A DNA stretch of 64,000 nucleotides from Hormiphora californensis (lineage: Eukaryota; Animalia; Ctenophora). The number at the start of each line of letters is the position of its first letter. Positions within the stretch are counted from its first letter, which is position 1. The notes beneath the pieces were generated by a model. The model had not been told where the DNA came from and searched no databases. It was given only the letters and a program-made list of their open reading frames with translations. The stretch lies in contig CM035350.1 in the NCBI GenBank assembly GCA_020137815.1, positions 10,416,001-10,480,000 of the forward strand. The letters run 5' to 3'. The translations under genes and the position numbers were made by a program. Below are positions 18,337 to 37,002 of this stretch, piece after piece.

Positions 18337-21300
18337 TCAATTATTAAACTGGAACATTTCTATAAAGAAGCTAGTTTGTTCGTTAAGTGCTTGTCTGATG
18401 TTCCTTCTGTTTGTTTCTTGTTTCTCCTGGAACACTGTGAGAAGTACAATACCAAAACACGCCAGACAAAGCAGTATCACTATCATTGAACCAATCACAT
18501 TCGCAGCTGTCAGGTCCGCTAGAGGGAGAGGTGGTGGGGTTACTAGGGGGTTACTAGGAGGTTACTAGGGGGTTACTAGGAGGTTACTAGGGGGTTACTA
18601 GGGGAGGGGAGGTGCCAGACAAAGCAGTATCACTATCATTGAACCAATCACATTCGCAGCTGTCAGGTCCGCTAGAGGGAGAGGTGGGGTTACTAGGGGG
18701 TTACTAGGGGGTTACTAGGGGGTTACTAGGAGGTTACTAAGGGTTACTAGGGGAGGGGGAGGTGCCAGACAAAGCAGTATCACTATCATTGAACCAATCA
18801 CATTCGCAGCTGTCAGGTCCGCTAGAGGGAGAGGTGGGGTTACTAGGGGGTTACTAGGGGGTTACTAGGAGGTTACTAGGGGTTACTAGGGGGTTACTAG
18901 GAGGTTACTAGGGGGTTACTAGGGGAGGGGGTGGTGCCAGACAAAGCAGTATCACTATCATTGAACCAATCACATTCGCAGCTGTCAGGTCCGCTAGAGG
19001 GAGAGGTGGTGGGGTTACTAGGGGGTTACTAGGGGGTTACTAGGAGGTTACTAGGAGGTTACTAGGGGGTTACTAGGGGAGGGGGAGGGGTGCCAGACAA
19101 AGCAGTATCACTATCATTGAACCAATCACATTCGCAGCTGTCAGGTCCGCTAGAGGGAGAGGTGGGGTTACTAGGGGGTTACTAGGGGGTTACTAGGGGG
19201 TTACTAGGGGAGGGGGAGGTGCCAGACAAAGCAGTATCACTATCATTGAACCAATCACATTCGCAGCTGTCAGGTCCGCTAGAGGGAGAGGCGGTGGGGT
19301 TACTAGGGGGTTACTAGGGGGTTACTAGGGGGTTACTAGGGGAGGGGGAGGTGCCAGACAAAGCAGTATCACTATCATTGAACCAATCACATTCGCAGCT
19401 GTCAGGTCCGCTAGAGGGAGAGGTGGGGTTACTAGGGGGTTACTAGGGGGTTACTAGGGGAGGGGAGGTGCCAGACAAAGCAGTATCACTATCATTGAAC
19501 CAATCACATTCGCAGCTGTCAGGTCCGCTAGAGGGAGAGGTGGGGTTACTAGGGGGTTACTAGGGGGTTGCTAGGGGGTTACTAGGGGGTTACTAGGGGA
19601 GGGGAGGTGCCAGACAAAGCAGTATCACTATCATTGAACCAATCACATTCGCAGCTGTCAGGTCCGCTAGAGGGAGAGGTGGTGGTGGCATGGAGGGAGG
19701 GGAGTATAATGGGAGCCTAGGTGGGGTTATAACGGAGAGTGGAACAGAGCAAGGAGAAACCTACTTCTTTGAGCACAACATAGAGCAAGGAGATATAGAA
19801 ACCTACTTCTTTGAGCACAACATAGAGCAAGGAGATATAGAAACCTACTTCTTTGAGCACAACATAGAGCAAGGAGATATAGAAACCTACTTCTTTGAGC
19901 ACAACATAGAGCAAGGAGAAACCTACTTCTTTGAGCACAACATAGAGCAAGGAGATATAGAAACCTACTTCTTTGAGCACAACATAGAGCAAGGAGATAT
20001 AGAAACCTACTTCTTTGAGCACAACATAGAGCAAGGAGATATAGAAACCTACTTCTTTGAGCACAACATAGAGCAAGGAGATATAGAAACCTACTTCTTT
20101 GAGCACAACATAGAGCAAGGAGATATAGAAACCTACTTCTTTGAGCACAACATAGAGCAAGGAGATATAGAAACCTACTTCTTTGAGCACAACATAGAGC
20201 AAGGAGATATAGAAACCTACTTCTTTGAGCACAACATAGAGCAAGGAGATATAGAAACCTACTTCTTTGAGCACAACATAGAGCAAGGAGATATAGAAAC
20301 CTACTTCTTTGAGCACAACATAGAGCAAGGAGATATAGAAACCTACTTCTTTGAGCACAACATAGAGCAAGGAGATAGAAACCTACTTCTTTGAGCACAA
20401 CATAGAGCAAGGAGATATAGAAACCTACTTCTTTGAGCACAACATAGAGCAAGGAGATATAGAAACCTACTTCTTTGAGCACAACATAGAGCAAGGAGAT
20501 ATAGAAACCTACTTCTTTGAGCACAACATAGAGCAAGGAGATATAGAAACCTACTTCTTTGAGCACAACATAGAGCAAGGAGATATAGAAACCTACTTCT
20601 TTGAGCACAACATAGAGCAAGGAGATATAGAAACCTACTTCTTTGAGCACAACATAGAGCAAGGAGATAAACCTACTTCTTTGAGCACAACATAGAGCAA
20701 GGAGATATAGAAACCTACTTCTTTGAGCACAACATAGAACAAGGAGATATAGAAACCTACTTCTTTGAGCACAACATAGAGCAAGGAGAAACCTACTTCT
20801 TTGAGCACAACATAGAGCAAGGAGAAACCTACTTCTTTGAGCACAACATAGAGCAAGGAGATATAGAAACCTACTTCTTTGAGCACAACATAGAGCAAGG
20901 AGAAACCTACTTCTTTGAGCACAACACTCTCCTGCATACCCTGGTCTACATTCACAGGTCCAGTTCCTTAACACTCCTCCGTTATAACAGCTCTCTCCCC
21001 TACACTCCTGAAAGGGGGTGGGTTAATGAATCATTTTAACTGTGTTCTATAGTTGTTAGATGTCCCTTACAACAAATGCCAAGGACTCACCGTCTCTTGT
21101 ATCATATCAATAGTTGGACTGCAGATAGATCCCCCACACTTGTGGTGCTGGGCTATGATTCTATATCTCTCCTTTACAGACCACCTCCCCCCACACACAC
21201 CATAACACTCGCTCCAAGGGGACCAGGGACCCAGCTTACAATCCTGAACATCATCACAATCACTGTGATTGTCCACTACTGACACCTTACCAGCCTCAAC

Positions 21301-21689
21301 CACCGCAATCACTGACAACTGAAACTAGAATTAAATAATAATCAATCCAATACTAGTGTGTATTAGAATTAAATAATAACCAGAATCAATACACTACTAG
21401 TGTGTACTAGAATTAAATAATAATCAATCCACTACTAGTGTGTATTAGAATTAAATAATAACCAGAATCAATACACTACTAGTGTGTACTAGAATTAAAT
21501 AATAATCAATCCACTACTAGTGTGTATTAGAATTAAATAATAACCAGAATCAATACACTACTAGTGTGTACTAGCGGAATAAAAGAGCCGTTATAGATAG
21601 TGTATAAAATGTATACAACATGTATATATAACATGTATAAAGGCCGGGATTCTTACCAATAGCAACATCAGTATAGTATTATTATACAT
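18337..21689 (-). CDS. Small type I membrane protein: signal peptide, thrombospondin type-1 repeat, EGF-like domain, TM helix, short tail
   Basis: Exons 21689-21657 (MYNNTILMLLL), 21324/21318-21091 (DCKLGPWSPWSECYGVCGG..KERYR), 21007-20911 (CYNGG..CECRPGYAGECC; needs one indel near 20995), 18518-18337 (VIGSMIVILLCLACFGIVLLTVF..stop). Confidence 0.8.
18461..19685 (-). repeat. 9 copies of a ~70-bp unit (acceptor + 58 nt of the TM exon) separated by variable (GGGGGTTACTA)n spacers
   Basis: Units start ~18461 (real), 18614, 18764, 18916, 19092, 19221, 19353, 19470, 19609; minus strand cctctccctctag|CGGACCTGACAGCTGCG... Confidence 0.9.
19745..20925 (-). repeat. 42/36-bp tandem repeat (~28 copies) = end of the EGF exon plus donor
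   Basis: TGTTGTGCTCAAAGAA|gtaggtttc in every unit; the real donor is at 20910. Confidence 0.92.
21325..21575. repeat. AT-rich tandem repeat containing the TSP1-exon acceptor segment (ttatttaattctag on minus)
   Basis: tagaattaaataata recurs ~6 times from the acceptor at 21325. Confidence 0.75.
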
Positions 21690-22474
21690 CAGCAACAACA
21701 GGATAGTATAATAGGAGCAGCAGCAGGAGGAGGAGGAGGATGGAGGGTAATGGGAGAGCAGTATAGTATAATACTATCCTGATGTTGCTGCTCTTATTAT
21801 AGCAGGAGGTGCAGTAGGGTGGAGGATAATGGGAGAGCAGGGGGACACAATGCCTGATTATATCCATTGCAACCCTCTCCTGTATGTAGGGGGGTATCTC
21901 CAATGACCAGGGTCTATTTACTGTCCATTTCTAAAGATTATCAAAACCCATACCTACACCCATACCGACCATTTGTGTAACGTCCCGAACAAAACATATT
22001 TGGTTCAACTTGTTGATTGGCTGAAGGAAACGGTGCAAAGGTCTCCTGGAAGCATTACTTCATTTGAGGGAAGGAGGTGGTGGAAGCACGAGGGACCACT
22101 GAGAATTGAAATTAAATTTGTTGAGTTTAGAAGTGATGAGCAAGGAAAGGACAGTTGAGTTGAAAGGTGGTCATTTGTTTGATAGCCTCAATTATTTTTC
22201 AAGTTTCAACTAAAACTGGAAACCCAACCTAAACAACAACCGACCGAAGGGACCCAGCACTCAGCAGCTGGGCTGGCGGAGCCTCACTTCAGCCAAGACC
22301 CCGCGGGGATACCTTACTAGAAGAAAAAGCCATTATCTTCTAAAACACTGAAGTCTGAATTATGGCTGGGTCGAAGAAACATCAAATTAATGAACCCCAA
22401 CATCCGAATTTTAACATTTGCATTGGAAAAAAAACATTTGCATTTCTAAAAATAATTTCCTGGCAGCACAAATG

Positions 22475-27872
<5,398 letters not shown>

Positions 27873-28603
27873 CACAAATGAGTGTAAAGTGAAGACGCGC
27901 GCACGCGCTTATTACTTTAGCAGTGTACTTAAAGAAATTCTGCGCCAGATTGAAGTGTGGCTCTGTTACAATCGAACCCGCTATGTATTATAGAGTGGGA
28001 TAATAAAATATTACTTCAAATAGTAAAATGAGCATTGTTCAAGGATCGATTAATTATCCCGCAGGTCTAGTAGAGCTGAGTGGGGTCCGACCACAAATGT
28101 AAGAGAATTCAAAGAAAAAACTCAAAATTAAATATTAAAATGATCAATCAAAGGATCATTGCGTAAATTCATTTAACATAACAAACAATTTGAATCCTTT
28201 TTAAAAACTAAGTTTAATACTAATGAATTTGAAACACGGGATTAAACCCAGAATAATTTAAAATTAAACTAAAAAATTATCTTTTAATTATCATAAAATG
28301 TTTATTCACTTTTCTGTTTTCATGAGTTTCTCACAATAACACGTCACGAGGGCCATTCTTCATTGATTGGTGTATTAGGGCCAGTTGGGGTGGCATTGTT
28401 AAACCAATCCTGGTTACACGGGGCTGAGGGTGAGGATACAATTTCCAATAAACTAGCTAAATCCTCCTGGTCTGCTGCTGCCACGTCCTCTCTATCTGAT
28501 GTGCTGGCCTCACTCTCCTGAAAGATGATAACTAGATTAATGAGAACCCTGGGAATTCCAGATCATTACCCAGCTGGGTTACCATGGTAACAATATTACA
28601 GGT

Positions 28604-28824
28604 AACGCTCCAGTTGCAGATTGGAAACTGACACCAGGCTGCAGGAAACGGACACCAAGTAGTTAGCTGGGAGAATCCTGATGAACCATGCTGCGCGCGA
28701 CATCTTCGATCACTAGCAGGAATTTCGATGTGAATTGCATTGAAAGTAGCGCCACACGCAGTGTCAGCAGCAGAGTGAATCTCTGGCATCAAGAAACTGG
28801 CTCCAGTAGTCGAATCTCTAACTG
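28604..28824. mobile_element. ~220-bp dispersed repeat, copy 2 (intronic)
   Basis: Matches 7480-7697 in the same orientation. Confidence 0.7.
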
Positions 28825-29100
28825 ATCCCCCAGATCATACCGAGAAATCGGTGTCAGCAACGAGAGAGTCTAAACAAGATTTTACCGGGGCGGGAGGTGG
28901 ATGCAGGGGGGTTGTTACCTGAGTATTCATCTTGGAGAGTTGTAGTTCAACAGAGTCAAATACACCAACGTCTTGAAGTTGGCCTTGCTCGGGCCGGTGG
29001 TAACCGTCAATTACCAAACCCTGAAAATGTGGTGAGGGGATTGAAATATAACACATTATCACATGAGGCAGAGTGAACAAGTTGACTGGCAAACACACGC

Positions 29101-29260
29101 AGTTGGCTAAATACCAGTGAAGTTGGCTAAATGCCAGTGAAGTTGGCTAAATACCAGTGAAGTTGGCTAAATGCCAGTGAAGTTGGCTAAATGCCAGTGA
29201 AGTTGGCTAAATACCAGTGAAGTTGGCTAAATGCCAGTGAAGTTGGCTAAATGCCAGTGG
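29101..29260. repeat. 20-bp tandem repeat x8
   Basis: agttggctaaat(a/g)ccagtga. Confidence 0.95.
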
Positions 29261-30117
29261 AATTGAATAAGAGAGATATGTTCTAGGGGACAACTCCCCT
29301 GAACAACAAACAGCAAAGCATGTTGCCCCACAAACAGCAAGTAGAGAATCATGATGCCATGCCACCCACCTCATTATTATAGAAGTTGTATCCTCTGAAC
29401 CCTCCCTCTCTACACTTCATCCCCTCCAATATAAACACCCTGTTCTGCCACACATCAGCCCCTAACACCTCAGGTGTCTCCTGCTGTGAGTTGGCACAAT
29501 GTAGAGAGTGAAGGTGTCCCAACCCCGGGTCATGCACCCTCCATCATCCCTCTCCTACAATGGGGCAGCACCCCCTCCCCTGCTTCTGCAACTTGGAATC
29601 TAACAGTCTTCTTCAGGTTTCTCCTCACTGTTGCGTCAAAGTAGGGGTTGTTTTGGGTGAGGTCCCTGCCGAATGTTCTGAATGTAGGAGGGCCCAAAAT
29701 CTATCCTTGGCACGGGAGATGCTGGGAGGGTGGTCCTCTTGAAGTACTGTCTCTTTTTGGGGAACTTGAGGTCCAGATCAAAATACACATTGCCCCCCTT
29801 GTGTGGGGGATCCAGATCTACCACTGGAGAGTCAGGTATCTGCATTACAATTGGTAGTAATGCTGGTGTTCAGGGTTACGATGTAATGCTGATTGAGATG
29901 ACAAGGATTGATGTTGAGGTTGAGGAGTGGGTTACTACTGGTCCAGATCACAAGGATGTTGAGGTTGATGTTCCGTTGCTGTTTTTTGAACAAAACACAC
30001 ACCGCTACACACCGCTAAAAATAGAAAAGGCAATTAGAGGAATAGTTCACTGCCAACCCGCCGCTAAAAACACAAAATATCACACAGCACTACAGAAAGA
30101 GAGAGAGAGAGGGAGAG

Positions 30118-30221
<104 letters not shown>

Positions 30222-30774
30222 AGAGAGAGCAGATAGGAAATTAATAATCGCGACATAGAATCACCACAAATAATTAGTAACGGCAGAGAGATGATATAAA
30301 GAGTTATTAATAAAAGAGCTCATCTCATGGTACGAATGTGGGGTAGAACAAAGAGGCTTATATATATATATACCATCCCATCTAGAAACTACTGCGTGAC
30401 GTAATAGGTCACGCATTAGATCATACCAGGCCACGTGATGTCCACATACCTCCTCTCCATGTTATATATGCCATATATGCGAGTATTATATCGAATAAAA
30501 TACTTCCTAGAAGGGAGGCAGAGAGATATATATGCAGTCTTTGTCTCTTGCATGTTACTATATCTCTGGGACACTTCATATATTAGTGTGAGATATCTCA
30601 CAAGATACTTGGCAGTGAGATATATGTGCCATATCTCTCACATGAGATAGTGAAATGTGATTTGTCAAGAAATAGAATCAAGTCACCTGCTGTAATTTAA
30701 TTAAAAGGTATGCGTCAGAGACATGCTTGTACAAAAAGATACTGCAGCAGAGTAGCAGCCACGCAAGCAAGTTC

Positions 30775-30957
<183 letters not shown>

Positions 30958-31789
30958 GGGAAATTAAGAGGACGAAGGACTGGTGTAACTTGACATTCTA
31001 AACTCACAGCATCTTAGTTCTACAATTTAGCCTGCCCAGGTGTGACAGGCTCTCTATCACACGTTGATATGAATTTTTATAGATATACCGGCCCAAATGA
31101 TGAAGTTTACAGTTCTAATGCTAGTACTAATGTAATGTAGTACTTAGAGGAGTGCAGCTGAACACGTCACACCAACACACGGCATACTCATGGGACGATT
31201 GAGTGAATGGGATTGCAATTTGATACCATCTACCTAGCCTAGCACACACCCTCTCTCACACACAAGTTACATCCCTTATAAAAAGATGTACATTTAATTG
31301 GCAGCTCGTTTAAAGGACTTTATAGAGGGTTGAACATGGGACATGTAGGACCCATCTGTCAGGCCAAATCTGACAGTGACTCATTCAAATTACAAGCTCT
31401 CTCTCATGATTCAAATCGCAAAAGAAAGAAGCACACAAACACTCACAGACAAAACTAACCTGTTAGGTCATCCCTAATTAGAGTACTGTATCATATAATT
31501 GATCCATTATTATAGCGTTGTTCTGTCTCTCTTCTGTCAGTCTGTCTCCTCTCTCAGCCAGCCATTTAGGAGCTAGGAGGGAGTGAAGGGCGGTGAGTTT
31601 TGCGCGCATCTAGCACTTTACAGAGTAGCAAAACACGGCGCGTTACGCTAAAAACAAATTGGGTAAAAAATACTGGGTGATGGGTAAATTATTGGGGTGC
31701 AAAAATAGATAAAATTTCAACAACGTTGTTGTAAAAAACACCATCTTCCCTCACAGGAAGGATTGTTAAACCAATCTCTCAGTGTCTCA

Positions 31790-34700
31790 CTACACAGGTA
31801 GGGCAGTAGGATCATTCAGCCTTATAACTTGAACCTGTACAGTGCAATTCTCCAGCTCTGTATGTCGTGTTGCTAGGTTGATCTCCTGTCTTATCCCTAA
31901 CATCTCCTCCCTCCCATACCTCATTACCTCACCAACCTCCTTTATCTCCTCCTCCTCCTCCTCTACCTCCCCTGTAACTCCTCCATCAGCCTCCTCCAAC
32001 CTCTTCACTAGCACATTCAGATGTTTCTGCAGTTTAGCATGGGTCTCCTGCCCCATATACCCAGGCACAAACAGGTACTTGCATATATCCGGTGCATTGC
32101 TGTCAAAAGACCACACCTTGCCCTTCGTTAGCTTCTCAGAAGTATTGATTAACCTAGCTAGTAGATCGGGGGAGGAGGTGAGGCGAGAGTGCAGTTTAAA
32201 CAGAATTCCAAACTTCTTATCAGGAAGGGATGACATGAACTTGAGAAATGTTATAGCATTACCAACTATCTCACTAGCCCCACTCAACCTGTATATCAAA
32301 CTGTCTCCATCTTTACTGACTGTCATTCCAACCTGTTTAAATAATTGTCTAAGAAGGGAGGGTACATAACCAAACTCTCTCAAATCAGTAAGGTCTGGGA
32401 CAGTGAACTCTGTACAAGTGTAGGTGGTAGAATCCGAGATTAGAGACTTCTTGAGAGTGATATACCCCGCTGCAACCGCATCTTTCTCCCCTGAAATTAA
32501 GGGAAGTAGAGCAGGGGGAAATAGGGAGAACTAGGGACATAGGGAGGGGAGTGGGAAAACTGGGGATTGTATTTAGGGAGTAGGGGTGTGATGTGGGGAT
32601 ATGAATAGTAGAGGGAGGGAATTGAGGAGTGGAATAAAGGGAAATATAGGGAATACTGGAGACATGGGGAATAGGGAACTGGGGAGGGGGAAAAGGGGAT
32701 GGGAGTGGAATAAAGTGAAAGGAAGATTTGTTAGCCGGGGAGAAACAAGTTAAAAACCAATTTACAAAGTTTTAGAACGGGTTATAGAAAGGGTACAATA
32801 TTCGTGGATAGTACCAATATATAATGATATTATAAAAAACAAGGCAAACATAAAAACCTATTGGCTGTTTTTCTCTAACTAGACATTCTACTAGACACAC
32901 TACATTATTATGGAATTCTACACACACGATTCTTTAAAAAAATAGAAGCATATCATTACAAACACTGTCAATAATTTCTCCCCACCCTCTACCTATAACT
33001 GGAGTTCTTTTCTCGGCCAGACAACAACAAGCTTATAATAATAATATTTCACCAGGACGATGGAAGCACACTTCCCCTCTCTCAGTTATAAGGCATGAAC
33101 ACACTGGATCTCTTAGTGATTGGTTCAGTAGATGCCACTATTGCAGCCCCACTAGTTCCAGTTCTAGTCCCAGTTCTGGTAGAACTAGTAGTTGGCTCTC
33201 CATTTATCAGCTTGTTCATGTATGTGTTTATGTCATAGTGTTCCCAGGGTACCCCTGGAGCAAAGAACGCCCTATACCCTCCCTCTTTCTCGAGGGATAT
33301 GTAGGCACTTTTGGAGAACCTTCCCCAATTGGCTGCTATCTCGCCCCTAATAACACTCAAATCCTCTGTTATCTTATCAGGAACTTTGAATAACACCCCC
33401 ACCTTTTTGCGAGGCGATTCTAACATCATTTCAACAAGTGCACCCACTCTGTAAACTGAGTCTCTGGGCCCAGAGAGCTGAATAAACCCTCGTTCCTTGA
33501 TATTGTGTTTGCTAATCACAATATTGACATCTTTGAATGCTGCACAGAGGAGGCTCTGGAAGTATCTGTCCTTCCCCACTGCAAGACTGATACTACCCGG
33601 CTCCTCTCTGTCCTCTGTTATCTTGATAGTGATGTGCTCTTTAGATCCGGGGGTGGCCTGTCGCAGGAACTCATCCCAGATTGTCAGAGCCCTCTCTCCG
33701 GCCTCCTGAGGTCCTGAAATACAACACTCCGTCTCTTGGGGGACGGGGTGGGGGCTGGGGACGCGGGGTACAGTAGGGGTGGGCGGGGTGGGGGTGGGGT
33801 ACAGTAGGGGTGGGCGGGGGCAGGGTAGGTAGCAGAGTCAAGGTAGAGAGGGGAAAGGGGGCAGGGTAGGTAGCAGAGTCCTGAGTCAAGGCAGAGAGGG
33901 GAAAGGGGACAGGGTAGGTAACAGAGTCAAGGCAGAGAGGGGAAAGGGGGCAGGGTAGGTAGCAGAGTCCTGAGTCAAGGCAGAGAGGGGAAAGGGGGCA
34001 GGGTAGGTAACAGAGTCAAGGTAGAGAGGGGAAGGGGGCAGGGTAGGTAACAGAGTCAAGGCAGAGAGGGAGGGGTGACATATATTTCATTATAGTAGAG
34101 AGACTGTGTTGCACTATATTAGGCAGTGCTGCAGAGGGTGCTAAATAAGGAATTTGTAATTACTCAGCAGTATATTAGTGAGTGTAGTAGCTTTGTGTAG
34201 TAAGCTGGTAATGAAACACGGTGCAGTACATCCAACAGAGGGGGTAACGAACAAGAGTCACACAGGGGTGTAACACAACCTGATAGTGTGATCTAGCGGA
34301 GGGGGTAACGAGTCACAAGACACACAGGGGCACACCAGTAAAGACAGGGGCACACACAACACAAACACAACACACACACACAACACAACACACTACCTGA
34401 TAGAGAGATGTTGTAATGGTTGGGATCTTCAGTGCCACTAATTAGGTAACTCGCCCCCAAGGTCCGTAGTTCTGTTTGAGTATTGACGTCCCCTACAAAT
34501 GCCTCTAGTTGCATCCTAGTAATCTTGATACTCCTATACACCGTGGAGCCTCTATGCTTCTCCGGATCTGTTAGCTCTGTGACACTGTCCCCACTGCTGC
34601 TGCGAGAAGAGGACCTCTGAGGTGTTTCACCATTAGCAACACTGTTCCTCTCCCCATTAGCAACACTGTTCCTGTCCCCATTAGCAACACTGTTCCTGTG

Positions 34701-35497
34701 AAGTGAAGATGCAGAACTAATCCTCTGTATCCTCCCTCCCGCTGACTCATTTGACATGGCCCTCTGTCTCTCTGGCTCATATGAAACAGTCCTAGTGAGA
34801 CGTGATGGAGGGGGCGCCATCTCGGTGAAGTCTCCCGTTGGTGCTTTATAATCCATTACAGGGGGTCGGGGTGCCTCATAATCTTGTCGAGGGGGTCGAG
34901 GTACCTCAAAGTCTTGTCGAGGGGGTCGGGGTGCCTCCGGTTGACTGACAGATCGTGCTAGCTGCGGGGTGGGTTGGATGGGTTGTACAGGTATCATTAC
35001 TGGCTCAGGACTGTCACTAATCTCAAAGTGACAGTGAAACTCCTCCTCTGCAGCCTCCTCCTCTTTGTCAACAGCAGCACCGTCAGCATTGTTACTAGCA
35101 GCACTATCAGTAGCAATATCTTCAAGAACTAGCCTTCCAATATCCACCCCACCCTCCACCCCATCCTCCACCCTGCCCTCCACCCCACCATCCACCCCAC
35201 CCTCATCATCATCCTGAACCAGGTTATCCAGAAAGTTTTCCATTTCCTCTCTATGGGGCCTGTTCTTTGCAACCTCTATCTCGGACAGTAGCAGGGACAG
35301 TATGTGCCCATAATTAACAGAGGTCAAGTCGTTGTAGTAACTAGAGAGGGGAGTCTGGCAGCCTGTTCTCTGTTGGATACTACTCTCCAGTAACCATCAA
35401 CAGAGTCTTCCTATCAGCAGGATTGTCACATGAGAGAAGACATGCTGCTACCTGCCTCACTTAGTGTGGCTGGATCTTCGTCAGTCAGTAATGGCAT
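31790..35497 (-). CDS. Uncharacterised protein with acidic/proline-rich linker and several degenerate KH-like repeats; contains apparent frameshifts
   Basis: Exons ~35497-34397, 33713-32993, 32490-31790 joined by phase-1 GT-AG introns. Recurrent motif: ISLSGPQEAGERAL, IQLSGPRDSVYRVG, VIGEKDAVAAG, YRLSGASEIVGNAI. The KH-like call is an inference. Confidence 0.6.
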
Positions 35498-35649
35498 TCT
35501 GAAGGGGATTAGTGGTTTAGTACATTTCTTGGATTACTGATTAGTAAAACGCAGAATTAAATGTGAGTGATAAATTATGTATATCTTTACAAAACATATA
35601 TAAAAACTGTATCATTAAATGGTTAAATATTTGTTATATCGTGTTACTC

Positions 35650-36974
35650 TCAGTCTCCCTCATCTAACACCTCTTGTTTCAACACTACATTGTCCCCCAC
35701 TACACTGTCCCCCACTACATCCCCCACTACTGCTGTACTATCTCCCACCTCACAACCCACTGCACTACCTCCTACATTGCACTCTTCAGAGTGCTGCCTC
35801 GCCCAGTGTTCGTTCTGACAGATTTTAGAGCAATATTGCACCAACCTACACGCCCCACAACTAAACAGAGCAGATGCAGTACACACTGAACACCTGGGTC
35901 CCGTTATGTTGTTGTTGTTGTTATTGTTATTGTTGTTGTTATTTTTGTTGCTGCTGCAGTACATCTTGTGGACATTACGGAACTTGCTGAAGCACTCTGT
36001 GGAACAATACTGAACCCTGGAACACTGTTTGCAGGTGAACTGGGCCTCTTTTTCAAACACACCGAACACTTTTTACTGTTGTACTGCTGCTTGGGAGAGG
36101 GTGATGTTGTGTAGGCAGGAGGTAAAACAGGAACATTGAACCCTAGATGATCGTAGCGCTTCCGTTTCAGTCTGTCGACACACGTGCTAGAGTGTTCTAG
36201 AGAACTGCTGAGTCTCTCATAGCACTCATCTGAACAGTACTGCACTTTGAAGCAGCCAATACACCGGAATTGCCCTTCTTTTTTCAAGCACACTGAACAT
36301 AGTCTTATTTTTCGTATTTTAGAGGGAGTCAGTTTGATACGAGGGGGTCTACCCTCTACCGGTTGCGCAAGGAGAGAGGGTTGAGTAAGGAGAGAGGGTT
36401 GAGCGAGGGGAGAGGGTTGAGTAAGGGGAGAGGGTTGAGAAACTAGGACCGATGGTTGAGTAACTAGGAGAGAGGGTTGAGTAAGGAGAGAGGGTTGAGA
36501 ATCATCCACTGATGTAGGTGTTGAAGGTGGGTTGGAAAACTTGTTACAGGTCGATGACAGTGTTTTTATTTCTGATTTTAGTGCCTGGATTTCTGAATTA
36601 AGTTCATAATTTTTACCCTTCAATTCTGATACTTCACCATTCAATTCTGATACTTCATTCTTCATTTCTGATATTTCTGCGACTATAGTTCTCCCGAGTT
36701 CAACTATTAGACCCATCAGCCTGGAAACTTTCTCCTCCAGTTGATTGGTGGGTTTCTCAGTATCTCCGTTAGTAGGATGACCCTCCCTGACACGTGATGC
36801 CCATATACGGTATTGATCCTCCCTGGCACTGTTAGTATTGTTAGAATGATCCTCTCCATTGTGAGCAGTCAGTCTGGCACTGGTAGGAGCGGGGTTCAAT
36901 CTGGCACTATTAGGAGCGGGATTCAATCTGGCACTGGTAGGAGCGGGATTCAATCTGGCCCGTTTACCAGACAT
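35650..36974 (-). CDS. Coiled-coil protein with three zf-MYND fingers; one frameshift at 36049-36053
   Basis: CSVC..FRCIGCFKVQYCSDEC..HSSTC; CSVC/FTCKQCSRVQYCSTEC..HKMYC; CSVC..FSCGACRLVQYCSKICQNEHW..HSEEC. Heptad EVSEL repeats; N-terminal ARLNPAPxS repeats. Confidence 0.85.
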
Positions 36975-37002
36975 TCTACTAGAGAGTCAAATCACATGTA
37001 TT

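Larger units (their letters stand above)
28344..29845 (-). pseudogene. Unknown spliced gene or gene remnant; upstream part broken by stops and frameshifts
   Basis: Clean phase-0 GT-AG exons 29020-28919 and 28517-28344 (ends in TGA), donor at 29369. Upstream 29370-29845 is fragmented; no recognisable domain. Confidence 0.4.

Noticed and set aside
18461-19685. Repeat-spacer layout resembling a CRISPR array
   Set aside because: Eukaryotic intron; units are ~70-bp exon-junction copies, spacers are low-complexity variants of each other, and there are no cas genes.
19690-20394. Plus-strand 234-aa repetitive ORF (ETYFFEHNIEQGDI)n
   Set aside because: Antisense reading of the 42-bp donor repeat; no independent gene signals.
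36045-36056. Programmed -1 frameshift in the MYND gene at TTG AAA AAG
   Set aside because: A5 versus A6 in the paralogous first finger. Similar 1-bp indels occur in ABCB6 (~61350, ~61553), the EGF exon (~20995) and near 35393, 35445 and 53083, so consensus error is the simpler explanation.
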